Assembly: GCA_963663165.1 (NCBI GenBank)
Contig: OY760175.1
Coordinates: 4,800,001-4,864,000 of the forward strand
DNA: 64,000 nucleotides
Reading direction: 5' to 3'
Origin: an uncultured Desulfospira sp.
GTDB taxonomy: Bacteria > Desulfobacterota > Desulfobacteria > Desulfobacterales > Desulfobacteraceae
The notes under the pieces are model-generated. The model was not told where the DNA came from and did not search any database. It saw only the letters and a list, made by a program, of their open reading frames with translations. The translations under genes and the position numbers were made by a program. Shown here piece after piece: positions 24,382-35,007 of this stretch (position 1 is the stretch's first letter; each line of letters starts with the position of its first letter).

Positions 24382-26475
24382 CTAAAATTCCTTGATCTCC
24401 ATCTTAGCCTCTCCATCCCCGTCCGGGGCAACCTCAACCACCCGGACATGCTTTTCCTGATTTTCGAGCTTTATTTCGCTGTTTTCTCCCTGGATCAGGG
24501 TTCCGGGCTGAATTTCTTTGTCCACCTTTACCAGGGGAATGCCCGGGATCATTTCAGACCACTTGGCAAGGTTGGCCTTTTCAGCAAGCTTTTCTGTCTT
24601 TTCCCTTTCAAGAGCCTGAATCTCCTGGTCAATGGCGGCCAGTCCCGTCTCAATCCGTTCGCTTTTGGCAAGGCATTGGTTCAGCCCATGTTCAACCGCA
24701 TTGGCCTTCTGGTGTAATTTTTCCATGCCGGCGTTAAGGCCCCGGACCGTGCTTTCAAGGCCGCTCTTCCCCTCAAGGGAGGCGATTTTTCCTGACAGCT
24801 CTTCCTGCTCTTTCTGGACCATCTCTTTGGCCTGGGCAAACCGGGTCACCTCTGATTGAATCTCTTCTAGGGCCTTGTCCAGGGTCTGTTTTTTATCCTG
24901 GCGGGCCGCTATGGCGTCATCAATTTGGGCCATGCCGGAATCGATCCGGTTTAATTCATGTTCGAGATACCCGTCATGCCCCACCCGGATGGTGCAGGCC
25001 GGCGTGTTTTCCGAGCCTATATGGCGTGCCAGGACCCCTGATTTTGCCGTGACATTGGAGGAGACCACCTGGCCTTTTTGAACAATCAGGGAGCCTGCGC
25101 AGGAAATGGTTGAATTCACGATTTCCTGGTCCGCCACCACATTTCCCATGCAGACAATGTTGGCGTTATGGATGGATTTGGTTTTAAGGGTTCCTCTGGC
25201 GCAAACAGTTCCTTGAACAATTTTCCGGGTGACCGTAACGTCCCCATCGGCCTCAATGATTCCGCCGTCAACCTCAAGTACTGTGATGTTGTTCCCGCTG
25301 ACCTTGACACCGGACTTAACGCTTCCCCGTACGTTGACATTGCCGTCATAGAGCATATCCCCGGTTTCTTCGTCCACATTGCCCGGGGCAACGTATTCCT
25401 CTAAAGCCACAATGGTTTGGGACAAGGTAAATTTGGGAACCCCGTTGACCTTTGCCAGAATTTTAAGGGTATCTTCGGATAATGTTGCCCCGGTGCCGTA
25501 TAAAAGCGGCACATCTTTTCCGGAAACCGCATTGACTGTATGGCCATAAATATCCTGGCCGTTTTGGGCTTCCACACCAGGGGTTTTTTCAGCCAGAACT
25601 GTCCCTTTTTTAACCCGGGGAACCTCTCCTCTGGGCTTGGCATCAATCTTGCCTTCCTTGTCCAAACCACCGCCGCTTAAGTAGTCTGTGTTAAAAAAAT
25701 ATTCGATTTTGGCGTCTTTGCCCTGAACAGGCTCAATGCCCTGGGCCGCCCTGAAGGTCTGTTCTTTAAATACATCGGATTTTATAAACCCCAGGATCTG
25801 GTCGTCGGGCATTACCCCGAATGTGATGCCCTTTTCCGCCAGGGCAGCTTTGATTTTTTCAGGGGTGGTATCCGGGTCAAAGGACGGGGTTTTAATTAGA
25901 AAGGCGCTCATCAGGTCGTTATAAATTTGAAGCTCAATGCCTCCGGCCAGGGATACAGTCTTATACGGGGTTTGATCTTCGGGTGGTTCGTCGGTATCCG
26001 CGGCCTCCTTTATGGCCCGGGTGTGTTCTTTTTCAGTCTCTTTATATTCCCGGCGTTTCCGCTTTTGAATCTTCAGGATATAATCGCGCTGCCGTTCGGT
26101 CATAAACCCTGACATCACCATCATGTCCCCGATACGGATCGGGGATTTCCGGCCTTTCATGTCACTTTCCTGTTCTTCCAAGGCCAGGTCGGCCACGCTT
26201 TGGTTGATGAACCCAAGCTTGACCGCTATGGTACCGAACAGGATTTCCTTTCTCCTTATTTCAAGGGCCTTTTCCCCCTTGATCAGACGTTCCATATTTT
26301 TCGCGGATATCATTTCGTTGGAAATGAAATACCCCTTTAAGTCGGTACTGATATCTTGAGAGTCACTGCAGTATGCCAGGGCTTTTTCGAGCTCCGCCTC
26401 GGTGATTAATAGATTTTTTACGGCCAGAAGCCCGATCAGCGGCCATTTATTAGAATTATCAGCGCCATTAGCCAT
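24382..26475 (-). CDS. FapA/DUF342 family protein
   Basis: V-x-KG-x-VLAEK-x-P, G-x-DIYG, NVD-x-x-TGD-x-x-YDGNV-x-V-x-G beta-helix repeats and a coiled-coil insert. Confidence 0.8.
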   Translation of the reverse strand: MANGADNSNKWPLIGLLAVKNLLITEAELEKALAYCSDSQDISTDLKGYFISNEMISAKNMERLIKGEKALEIRRKEILFGTIAVKLGFINQSVADLALEEQESDMKGRKSPIRIGDMMVMSGFMTERQRDYILKIQKRKRREYKETEKEHTRAIKEAADTDEPPEDQTPYKTVSLAGGIELQIYNDLMSAFLIKTPSFDPDTTPEKIKAALAEKGITFGVMPDDQILGFIKSDVFKEQTFRAAQGIEPVQGKDAKIEYFFNTDYLSGGGLDKEGKIDAKPRGEVPRVKKGTVLAEKTPGVEAQNGQDIYGHTVNAVSGKDVPLLYGTGATLSEDTLKILAKVNGVPKFTLSQTIVALEEYVAPGNVDEETGDMLYDGNVNVRGSVKSGVKVSGNNITVLEVDGGIIEADGDVTVTRKIVQGTVCARGTLKTKSIHNANIVCMGNVVADQEIVNSTISCAGSLIVQKGQVVSSNVTAKSGVLARHIGSENTPACTIRVGHDGYLEHELNRIDSGMAQIDDAIAARQDKKQTLDKALEEIQSEVTRFAQAKEMVQKEQEELSGKIASLEGKSGLESTVRGLNAGMEKLHQKANAVEHGLNQCLAKSERIETGLAAIDQEIQALEREKTEKLAEKANLAKWSEMIPGIPLVKVDKEIQPGTLIQGENSEIKLENQEKHVRVVEVAPDGDGEAKMEIKEF

Positions 26476-26496
26476 AACTATATCCTGTTTTATAAA

Positions 26497-26570
26497 AGCG
26501 GTTAGCGATTAGGCGTCAGCCGTTGGTCATGTTTTACAGCTAATAGCTAACGGCTAAAAGCTAACAGCTT
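26497..26570. repeat. Inverted heptamer repeat (TTAGC / GCTAA arms)
   Basis: AGCGGTTAGCGATTAG...AGCTAATAGCTAACGGCTAAAAGCTAACAGCT; same unit family as 20632-20739. Confidence 0.65.
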
Positions 26571-26571
26571 A

Positions 26572-28287
26572 CTAGATGATTGCGGCCAGTACCCCTGCGG
26601 CAAGAAACGAGGCCTCAATGAGAAATTCGTACTGGCCCCCGGATAAAAATTTTTTCTTTTGGGATATCCTTATCAGTAAAATCATAAAAAGGGGAATCAA
26701 CGCAAGCAAAAAAGCCGCCCCCGGCAGTATATGTAACATACTGCCCAGGGTCATGAGAAGGATATCCAGTATCAACACCCCGAAAATCAGGTTAAAACTT
26801 TTTTCTTCACCCAGCAGAATGGGCAGTGTTTCCCTGCCGCTGATCCGGTCGCCCTGTATGGCCAGGATGTCAAAAAAAGCGGCCCTTGAAAATGCAAGCC
26901 CCGTGGAAAATAGAAAAGCGGCCGGCAGCACCAGAAGCTTTCCCCCGTGGGCAACGGCCGGCAGAATACTGGTCACAACACCCCAGGCAAGCGCAATTAA
27001 AATGGTCTTGGAGCCGGGAATGTCCCTGATCCGGCTTTTCTTTTTATTCCAGAACATTAAAAGGGAAATTTTGGCCTTATTGTAGGCCAGCCCGAGAAGG
27101 GTCATGAGCAGCAGGATAAAAAAGGATAAAATCCCGGTGGAATAGGCCACATAAAGTCCGGCCCCACCGGTACAAAGGGCCATGGCCCTTAGGAAAAAAA
27201 GGTTTTTTCTGTAGAATTCCGCCCGACCTGGATTATTATATGTATCTGATTTTATGGTAAATATATTATTTAATACCTGCATGGACAACACATACAGCAT
27301 GGCGATCACCGAGTGCTTAAGGGAATGGGAAAAGCCCTGAATGGCCGAGCAGGCATAGGTCAGGCTCGCGGCCCCGGCCGCTAACAGCAGGTTGGTTTTG
27401 ATTAAAAAATCCCTTGCCTGGGCAAGTGCCCCTAAAACCGGCTTTCTTTTTTGAAAGGCATTTTCAATCTGAACGCAGGTACAGGTAATGATCCAGTTAG
27501 GGGTTGAGGCGCCGGCGGTAACCGCGATGGATTTGGCTTCGGCCAGCATGTTAAAATCCAGTTCTGCGGCATCCTCGATATGGACGGCCCGTGTGCCGGT
27601 TTCGGTGGCCACCTGGGCAAGCCGTTTGGTGTTGCCGCTTTGCCGGCCGCCCACAACGATGATGGCATCATTCTTTTGGGCCAGATCCCGGACCTCGCTC
27701 TGCCGTTTTTCCGTGGACCCGCAGATGGTATCAAAGATTTCATAATGGGGGGCGTGGGTCTTGCACCAGTCCTTGATCTGCTGGAAAAAAGCGGTGTTCT
27801 GGGTGGTCTGGGCCACCACCACGGCTTTTTCATATTTTGGCAGGGCTTCAAGTTGTGCCAGGGATGTGACAGGCCGGCCATTTGGCCCGGCATACCCGAG
27901 AAGGCCGATGACTTCCGGGTGTTTTTCGTCCCCCACGATAATGGCGCTGTACCCTTTTTTGGCATGGGTTTCCAGGATGACCTGAACCCGGATCACCCGG
28001 GGGCAGGTGGCGTTCAGAACGGTGAACCCGGCCTGTTTGAGGGCCTTTTGATCTTCTGGCGGGACCCCGTGGGCCCGGATCAGGACAATTCCCCGGCCTT
28101 TTTCCGGAATGGTGGAGATCTGGTGAATTCCTTTTCCCTCAAGCATTTCCAGGACCTGGGGGTTGTGGATCAGGGGGCCGTATGTAAAAATAGGGCCTTC
28201 AAACGAGTTGGACGCATCCAGAACCATGTCAACGGCCCTGCGGACCCCCATGCAGAACCCGGCCGTTTTTGCAATGGTGATTTTCAT
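26572..28287 (-). CDS. ispH: 4-hydroxy-3-methylbut-2-enyl diphosphate reductase fused to a UbiA-like membrane domain
   Basis: GFCMGV, IHN, RAHG, ATCP, TIC, SGN and AGASTP IspH motifs, then ~280 aa polytopic membrane region with FFDILAIQGDRISGRETLP. Confidence 0.9.
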   Translation of the reverse strand: MKITIAKTAGFCMGVRRAVDMVLDASNSFEGPIFTYGPLIHNPQVLEMLEGKGIHQISTIPEKGRGIVLIRAHGVPPEDQKALKQAGFTVLNATCPRVIRVQVILETHAKKGYSAIIVGDEKHPEVIGLLGYAGPNGRPVTSLAQLEALPKYEKAVVVAQTTQNTAFFQQIKDWCKTHAPHYEIFDTICGSTEKRQSEVRDLAQKNDAIIVVGGRQSGNTKRLAQVATETGTRAVHIEDAAELDFNMLAEAKSIAVTAGASTPNWIITCTCVQIENAFQKRKPVLGALAQARDFLIKTNLLLAAGAASLTYACSAIQGFSHSLKHSVIAMLYVLSMQVLNNIFTIKSDTYNNPGRAEFYRKNLFFLRAMALCTGGAGLYVAYSTGILSFFILLLMTLLGLAYNKAKISLLMFWNKKKSRIRDIPGSKTILIALAWGVVTSILPAVAHGGKLLVLPAAFLFSTGLAFSRAAFFDILAIQGDRISGRETLPILLGEEKSFNLIFGVLILDILLMTLGSMLHILPGAAFLLALIPLFMILLIRISQKKKFLSGGQYEFLIEASFLAAGVLAAII

Positions 28288-28297
28288 GAAAGCTGGT

Positions 28298-29176
28298 TTA
28301 TGAAAGGGTGTGTAAAAGATCTATCAGACGCTGAAGCTCTGATCTGGACTTAAATCTGATTTCAATGCGGCCTTTATTGCCGTTCATTTTAACATTTACC
28401 GGAGAATGGATCCGCGCGGACAGGGCCGCAGATGTTTCTTCAAGCAGGGCCTTGTCCTCCTCGGTTAAGGCCTTGATTACTTTTTCCGGTGCGGTCTTGG
28501 CCTGCTTGGCCAGTTGTTCGGTCTGGCGCACGGACAGCTTTTTGGCCACAACCTGGCGGAACAGCTCCAGCTGGATTTCCCGGGAGCCGCTGCCAAGCAG
28601 TGCCCTGGCATGTCCCATGGAAATTTCTTCACTTAAAAGGCTTTCCTTGATCTCGTCGGGCAGGCTTCTTAACCTGAGCAGATTGGCAATGGTGGACCTG
28701 TTTTTTCCGATTTTTCCGGCCACCTTTTCCTGGGTATAGCCGAACTCATCAATGAGCCGGGCATAAGCTTCGGCCTCTTCTAAAACATTGAGGTTCTGTC
28801 GCTGAATATTCTCAATGATGGAAACTTCTAAAACCTGCTCATCGGTCAAGTCCTTGACAATTACCGGCACATGGGTCAGTTCTGCGGCTTTGGCGGCCCG
28901 CAGGCGGCGCTCTCCGGCAATAAGCTCATATCCGCCGTCCATGTTTCTGACCAGAAGGGGCTGAAGGATGCCCTGCTGCCGGACGGAATCTTTTAACCGT
29001 TCAAGCTCTTCCTCATTGAAACGGGTTCTGGGCTGATACCGGTTGGGCGTAATGGACGCAACCGGGCAGTTGAAAAAATCAGATCCCTCTCTGGAGGAAT
29101 CCAAGTCCAGATCCGGGATCAGGGCGGATATGCCTTTGCCCAGGCCGGTGTGTTTCCTTGGCTTTTTTATGGTCAT
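28298..29176 (-). CDS. parB: Chromosome partitioning protein ParB/Spo0J
   Basis: [30 protein letters not shown] and HTH. Confidence 0.95.
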   Translation of the reverse strand: MTIKKPRKHTGLGKGISALIPDLDLDSSREGSDFFNCPVASITPNRYQPRTRFNEEELERLKDSVRQQGILQPLLVRNMDGGYELIAGERRLRAAKAAELTHVPVIVKDLTDEQVLEVSIIENIQRQNLNVLEEAEAYARLIDEFGYTQEKVAGKIGKNRSTIANLLRLRSLPDEIKESLLSEEISMGHARALLGSGSREIQLELFRQVVAKKLSVRQTEQLAKQAKTAPEKVIKALTEEDKALLEETSAALSARIHSPVNVKMNGNKGRIEIRFKSRSELQRLIDLLHTLS

Positions 29177-29934
29177 GGTCTTTTTAGCAGCTCCCTTGCA
29201 AATGCCATATAACTTTTAGATCCAGGTGATGATTTATCATAAAGCAGGATAGGCAGGCCATAGCTTGGCGCTTCTCCAAGCTTGACGTTTCTGGGGATTT
29301 TGGTTTTGAAAACCATGTCTTTAAAGTATTGTCTGGCGTCTTCCATTACGTTCTGGGCCAGGTTGGTCCGTTTATCAAACATGGTCAACAGGATTCCTTT
29401 GATCTTTAATCCGTGATTAAAGGAGGATTTCACCCGTTTGACCGTATCCAGAAGCTGGCTTAAACCTTCTAAGGCAAAAAATTCACTTTGCAGGGTGATC
29501 AAAACAGAATGAGAGGCCGTAAATGCATTCAGGGTTAACAGGCTCAGGGCCGGGGGGCAGTCAATAATAATATAGTCAAAGTCGTCCATTATCGGGGCCA
29601 GTAGGTCTTTTAACCGGGCTTCCCGACGGTTTTCTGAAACCATTTCGATTTCAAACCCGATGAGATCCACATTGGCAGGAATCAGTTTTAGCTTGGGAAG
29701 CATGGTAGAAAGGATGATATCCTGGACATCAATTTCCCCGATAAGGCCATGGTAAAGAGAGGCGTCAAGGCCGGGTTTGTCCACACCGAGAGCGGTGGTG
29801 GCATTGGCCTGGGAGTCACAGTCCACCAGCAGAACTTTTTTCTTCAGTTCCGCCAGGGCTGCACAGAGGTTGACGGCTGTGGTTGTTTTTCCGACCCCCC
29901 CTTTTTGATTTGCTATACTGATAATCTGAACCAT
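29173..29934 (-). CDS. parA: Chromosome partitioning ATPase ParA/Soj
   Basis: [20 protein letters not shown]. Overlaps parB by ATGA. Confidence 0.95.
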   Translation of the reverse strand: MVQIISIANQKGGVGKTTTAVNLCAALAELKKKVLLVDCDSQANATTALGVDKPGLDASLYHGLIGEIDVQDIILSTMLPKLKLIPANVDLIGFEIEMVSENRREARLKDLLAPIMDDFDYIIIDCPPALSLLTLNAFTASHSVLITLQSEFFALEGLSQLLDTVKRVKSSFNHGLKIKGILLTMFDKRTNLAQNVMEDARQYFKDMVFKTKIPRNVKLGEAPSYGLPILLYDKSSPGSKSYMAFARELLKRP

Positions 29935-29984
29935 GATCCGAATTTCTTATCATAATTTACTAGGGGTGGCAATCAGATTGGACC

Positions 29985-32900
29985 ATGAAAAATTTGACAA
30001 TTTTTATTTGTCAGGTAAACTCCGGTCCCATGAAGGATGCAAACCATATTCAATATAATCTTGAACTGCCCATTACCGGCAGGCGGCAGGACATTATCCA
30101 GGCGGTTAAAAATCATCCGGTGGTCATTATTTCAGGGGAAACCGGATCGGGAAAAACCACACAAATCCCTAAATTCTGCCTGGAGGCCGGCAGGGGCAAA
30201 AAAGGAAAAATCGGCTGCACCCAGCCCCGGCGGATTGCGGCCGTGAATGTGGCCAGACGGGTGGCCTCGGAACTCAATGAATCCTTAGGCCAGACCGTGG
30301 GATACAAGATCCGGTTTGATGACAAAACCCCGCCTCGGGCCCGGATCAAGTTCATGACCGACGGGATACTTTTGGCCGAAACCCAGCAGGACCGGTTTTT
30401 AAAGCAGTATGACACCCTGATCGTGGACGAGGCCCATGAACGAAGCCTGAACATTGATTTTACTTTGGGGATTTTAAGGCGGCTGGTCAAAAAAAGAAAA
30501 GATTTGAAACTGGTCATCACCTCGGCCACCATTGATACGGAAAAATTTTCAGCCGCCTTTGACCAGGCCCCGGTTATTGAGGTGTCCGGCCGCATGTTCC
30601 CGGTGGAACTGATTTACAGGCCCCTGGCCGATGCAGGGGAAGACGCCCCGGATGACCAGGCTTATGTGGAGGCGGCCGCCGCCGAAGCGGACGGCCTTAT
30701 GTCCAAGACCCGAACCGGGGATATCCTGGTCTTTATGCCCACGGAGCAGGATATCGGGGAGACCATGGAGATTCTTCGGGGGAAAAATTATCCCGGGGTG
30801 GATATCCTGCCGTTGTTTGCCAGGCTTTCGGCCAAAGAGCAGTCCCGGGTGTTTTCCGCTTCCCCGGGGCGCAAGATCATTGTGGCCACCAACGTGGCCG
30901 AAACCTCGCTGACCATTCCCGGCATCAAGTACGTGATTGATACCGGCCTTGCCAGGATCCCGAGCTATTCTCCAAGGACCCGGACCACGGCGTTGCCGGT
31001 GTCGCCCATTTCCCAGAGTTCGGCCAATCAGCGCATGGGCCGGTGCGGTCGGGTGGAAAACGGGATCTGCATCAGGCTTTATGATGAAGATGATTTTAAC
31101 GGCCGCCCCCTGTTTACGGCCCCTGAAATCTTAAGGAGCAACCTGGCAGAAGTCATTTTGCGTATGATATCCCTTAAGTTGGGGGATGTGAACCGGTTTC
31201 CCTTTATTGATCCGCCGGCACCCAAGAGCATCAAGGACGGATTTGACACCCTTATGGAACTGGGGGCCATTCAAACCCTAAAACAAAGGGAACATAAACC
31301 AGCCCGCCGGCAAAAATCCGGGCAGGGGAAAACCATTGCCTTAACCCCAATGGGCAAGCTCATGGCCCGGATCCCCGTGGATCCGAAACTGGCCCGGATT
31401 CTTTTGGAGGCCCAGAAAAAAGCCTGCCTCAAGGAGGCCGTGATCATTGTCACGGCCCTGGCCATTTCCGATGTTCGCCAGCGGCCTGCTGACAGGGCCC
31501 AGGCCGCTGACCAGAAACATGGACAGTTCAGAGATCCCTCTTCGGATTTTGTTACCATTTTGAACATATGGGATGCCTACAAGGCCGCAGAAAAAAAGCT
31601 GAAATCCAGGTCCAAACTCAAACAATTCTGCGTGGATAATTTTTTATCCTTTAAACGGATCAGGGAGTGGCAGGACATCCATCACCAGATCAGCCGCATG
31701 CTCAAAGAACACGGCATTGTCCAGACCGGCACCCTTGAAGCCGTTACGGAAACCGTCAAGCTCAAATCAAAGGAGTTTGAACACGGCGGCCCCCTTTACA
31801 TTGCCCTGCACCAATCGTTGCTTTCCGGATACCTGTCCCACATTGCCCAGAAAAAAGAAAAAAATCTGTTTAACGCGGCCAAGGGACGGCAGGCATTGAT
31901 ATTCCCCGGCTCAGGCCTGTTCAACAAGGCCGGTAACTGGATCGTGGCATCCGAATACGTCAAAACCAGCCAGCTGTTTGCCCGGGGGGTGGCCAACATT
32001 GATCCGGCCTGGTTGGAGGACATTGGCCGGGACCTTTGCACCTATGCTTACGCCAATCCCCGTTGGGAGAAAAAAAGGGGCGAGGTGGTGGTGGACGAAC
32101 AGGTGTCCCTGTTCGGCCTGATCATTGTCCAGAGCAGGCCTAAGGCCTATGGGAAAATCAATCCCGATGAGGCCTGCGAAATTTTTATCCGGCATGCCCT
32201 GGTCCAGGGGGAAACCCACATGAAGTTCAAGTTCATGGAAAATAACCTCAAATTAATGGAAAGCCTGGAAGACCTTGAAAACAAAACCCGGAATAAAAAT
32301 ATTCTGGCATCGGACGAGGATATTTATTTGTTTTACCAGGCAAGGCTGCCTGTTCCTTTTTATAATATCCGGACCTTTGCCCGGTTTTTAAAAGACCAGG
32401 CAGACGACTCATTTTTGCACATGACCCTGGAAGACCTTCAAAAAAGTCAGGTGGACGAGGATCTGCCCATCCTGTTTCCCGATACCCTGAAAACCGAACA
32501 CGGACAGTTTGCCTTAGAATACTGCTTTGATCCGGGGGCGGAAAACGACGGGGTGACCATTAAGGTACCGGTTTCCAGGACATCCCAGGTGCCCCGAAAG
32601 GATTTGGAAAAACTGGTGCCCGGCCTGTTTGAAGAAAAAATTGCCGCCCTGATCAAGAACCTTCCCAAAGAATACCGGGTCCGGCTGGTGCCGGTCCAGG
32701 AAACCGCCGCCGCCATCGCCAAAAAAATCCACGGCCGGAACGAGCCGCTGTTTACGCTGCTTTCAAGCGGTATTCGGGAGCATTACAATGTGACTATCCC
32801 GGCATCGGTCTGGTCTGAGGATAACCTTCCCGACCACTTAAGAATGCGGATAGCGGTTCACGATGATAAGGGAAAGCAGATCAAGACCCTAAGAGATCTG

Positions 32901-33866
32901 TCCCTTTTGGGACAATTCCCGGGCCAAAGCAGTCAAAAGCAGGCCAATGCCGTTGAACAGGCCCGGAAAATCCATGAACGAACCCAGATTACCGACTGGT
33001 CTTTTCCGGATCTGCCGCCCCATATTGAAATCACCCTGGCCGGCGGGTTAAAACAAAAGCTTTACCCGGGCCTTAAAGTTGAGACCGATAATTTGAACTT
33101 AAGGCTGTTTGAGTCAAAGCAAACCGCCGAAATTTCCCATGCCCGGGGCATTAAACAGCTATATGAATTTAAGTTTCCCGATGATTTTAAGGCCTTGCAA
33201 AAGGATGTCAAAACCGCCCCGGGTTTAAAACAGATCGCCCCTTATTTTGATGTTGCCCACAAAGCGTTTGCCCAGAAGGTGGCCGATGCCCTTCTTCGGG
33301 ATATATTTGCCAGAAATTTTAAGACCCAAAAAGAATTTGAGGCCCATGCCCAGGCGGCAAGGCCAGGCCTTTACAACCAGACCCAAAGCTTTATCCGGGT
33401 GATTCAGGATCTCGGGCAAGAATATGAATCCTGCTTTTCCCTGCTCCAGGATCTGTCCCTTAAACACCAGAACCGGCCCGCCACTTTTGCCATCCTAACC
33501 CAGCTGTTCAACGAGTTAAAAAGCCTGGTGCCGCCAAGTTTCCTGGAACTTTACCCGCGGGACAGAATCAGCGAACTGCCAAGGTATCTGTCCTGCCTGG
33601 GGATCCGGGCCCAGCGGGCCGCCGTTGACCCCTCAAAGGAAGCCAGAAAATCAGAGCTGGTCCAGCCCTATCAGCATCGCCTCAATACCCTGGTGGCCTC
33701 ATTGTCGGAAAAATCTTCCAAGGAAAAGGCCCGGCGGACCGAAGACTTTTACTGGCTCCTTGAAGAGTACAAAATCTCCGTATTCGCCCAGGAACTCAAA
33801 ACCCGGGTCAAGGTATCGGCCAAACGGCTGGACAAGGAGCTGCTGAGCATTTCCACTATGATCTGA
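29985..33866 (+). CDS. hrpA: ATP-dependent RNA helicase HrpA
   Basis: GETGSGKTTQ, TQPRRIAA, DEAH, SAT, QRMGRCGR and C-terminal FAQEL. Start could be 30030. Confidence 0.93.
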   Translation: MKNLTIFICQVNSGPMKDANHIQYNLELPITGRRQDIIQAVKNHPVVIISGETGSGKTTQIPKFCLEAGRGKKGKIGCTQPRRIAAVNVARRVASELNESLGQTVGYKIRFDDKTPPRARIKFMTDGILLAETQQDRFLKQYDTLIVDEAHERSLNIDFTLGILRRLVKKRKDLKLVITSATIDTEKFSAAFDQAPVIEVSGRMFPVELIYRPLADAGEDAPDDQAYVEAAAAEADGLMSKTRTGDILVFMPTEQDIGETMEILRGKNYPGVDILPLFARLSAKEQSRVFSASPGRKIIVATNVAETSLTIPGIKYVIDTGLARIPSYSPRTRTTALPVSPISQSSANQRMGRCGRVENGICIRLYDEDDFNGRPLFTAPEILRSNLAEVILRMISLKLGDVNRFPFIDPPAPKSIKDGFDTLMELGAIQTLKQREHKPARRQKSGQGKTIALTPMGKLMARIPVDPKLARILLEAQKKACLKEAVIIVTALAISDVRQRPADRAQAADQKHGQFRDPSSDFVTILNIWDAYKAAEKKLKSRSKLKQFCVDNFLSFKRIREWQDIHHQISRMLKEHGIVQTGTLEAVTETVKLKSKEFEHGGPLYIALHQSLLSGYLSHIAQKKEKNLFNAAKGRQALIFPGSGLFNKAGNWIVASEYVKTSQLFARGVANIDPAWLEDIGRDLCTYAYANPRWEKKRGEVVVDEQVSLFGLIIVQSRPKAYGKINPDEACEIFIRHALVQGETHMKFKFMENNLKLMESLEDLENKTRNKNILASDEDIYLFYQARLPVPFYNIRTFARFLKDQADDSFLHMTLEDLQKSQVDEDLPILFPDTLKTEHGQFALEYCFDPGAENDGVTIKVPVSRTSQVPRKDLEKLVPGLFEEKIAALIKNLPKEYRVRLVPVQETAAAIAKKIHGRNEPLFTLLSSGIREHYNVTIPASVWSEDNLPDHLRMRIAVHDDKGKQIKTLRDLSLLGQFPGQSSQKQANAVEQARKIHERTQITDWSFPDLPPHIEITLAGGLKQKLYPGLKVETDNLNLRLFESKQTAEISHARGIKQLYEFKFPDDFKALQKDVKTAPGLKQIAPYFDVAHKAFAQKVADALLRDIFARNFKTQKEFEAHAQAARPGLYNQTQSFIRVIQDLGQEYESCFSLLQDLSLKHQNRPATFAILTQLFNELKSLVPPSFLELYPRDRISELPRYLSCLGIRAQRAAVDPSKEARKSELVQPYQHRLNTLVASLSEKSSKEKARRTEDFYWLLEEYKISVFAQELKTRVKVSAKRLDKELLSISTMI

Positions 33867-33881
33867 TTAAGGGGTCAATTA

Positions 33882-34917
33882 AGGGGTCAAGTCTCTCCTT
33901 GACTCATTATGGATTGTCGAACCAAGGCTGTTTTTTTTGATAAGTCCCGGTCATGGGAAAGACGTTGTTTGAACCGGTATATCACGGTACTGACTGTGCT
34001 ATAGCTGTCGATTTTGAAGTATTCTCCTATAGTTTTTAATGATTCCCCGCAGATTTGTCGCGCCAAAAACATTCCCATTGCCCTGGGTTCATTAAAAAAC
34101 GCCCTTTTTGAATAGTACAGTTTGTCTTCGTCGATATTGTAGACCTTACAAATGGCTTGTTTAATTCTGGCTATTTCGGGGGCAAGGCGCTTGGATTCAG
34201 GAACTTCAACGTGCTGTTTCTCCTCAAAAAATTGTTCTTTCACTTGTTCAATAAACCTTTTTCCGCCAAGAATAGCAGGCCATTTTTTCGGGTCTAAAGT
34301 CCGTAATAAATCATCATCGTCCGCTTCACCTATAAAGGCTCGATATGCGCTTGCCTGCGAGCCCGGGGTCGTGGCCAACATGGACAGGATAAAGGATTTG
34401 TGCAGCCATTCCCATTTTTTTGTAACGGAAAGATATCCTTCATGGCTTGACCATTGGTAATCTCCGGGCTTTGCAACTATTTTGGCGCGTACCGGATTTC
34501 GATGAATATATCGAACCAGTTGCAGCAAATAGTTTTCCTCTTCAACCACAAGGGCTTTGTATCTTCCCCGGAATAATTGCCCGTCAAAAGAATGCGCCTT
34601 GTTGAATCGTTGTGTGTAAACACCGTTTATGTGGCGCATGCCTCTTGACAAGTTCGCATCCGGAGTCTGGACCAAAAGGTGATAGTGGTTCGGCATAAGA
34701 CAGAATGCGCTGACACGCAATGCAAAAAGCTCGACAGCCTCAAGCAAAACATTGATAAAGCATTCATAATCTTTTTTTGACTCAAAAATTTTTTCTCTAC
34801 GCCGGCCACGATTTATTACATGATACCAGGCGTTTGGAAATTGTATGCGTAAGGGCCTGGCCATGATTATATTGATACCAGCAAGTTTTTAATGAGTCAA
34901 GGAGAGACTTGACCCCT
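33882..34917 (-). mobile_element. Y1/HUH transposase element with 28 bp perfect terminal inverted repeats
   Basis: AGGGGTCAAGTCTCTCCTTGACTCATTA (33882-33909) is the reverse complement of 34890-34917. The element sits between convergent stop codons. Confidence 0.85.
33887..34864 (-). CDS. REP-associated (IS200-like, Y1) tyrosine transposase with C-terminal DnaA_C-like HTH
   Basis: MARPLRI..YHV-x-NRG, MPNHYHLL (HUH), YIHRNP (catalytic Tyr), WSS, and C-terminal RAMGMFLARQ..SLKTIGEYF..YSTV. Confidence 0.88.
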   Translation of the reverse strand: MARPLRIQFPNAWYHVINRGRRREKIFESKKDYECFINVLLEAVELFALRVSAFCLMPNHYHLLVQTPDANLSRGMRHINGVYTQRFNKAHSFDGQLFRGRYKALVVEEENYLLQLVRYIHRNPVRAKIVAKPGDYQWSSHEGYLSVTKKWEWLHKSFILSMLATTPGSQASAYRAFIGEADDDDLLRTLDPKKWPAILGGKRFIEQVKEQFFEEKQHVEVPESKRLAPEIARIKQAICKVYNIDEDKLYYSKRAFFNEPRAMGMFLARQICGESLKTIGEYFKIDSYSTVSTVIYRFKQRLSHDRDLSKKTALVRQSIMSQGET

Positions 34918-35007
34918 ATGATTTTCAAGGAGAGACTTGACCCCTATGATTTTAGGAGAGACTTGACCCCTATGATGTTGACCCCTATGATGACCCCTAT
35001 GATTTTC
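34897..35007 (+). repeat. Shrinking tandem array of TIR end plus flank
   Basis: TGACCCCTATGAT occurs five times in progressively shorter units. Confidence 0.9.

Noticed and set aside
34897..35007. CRISPR array
   Set aside because: No unique spacers, units shrink in length, the sequence derives from the TIR and flank, and no cas genes are present.
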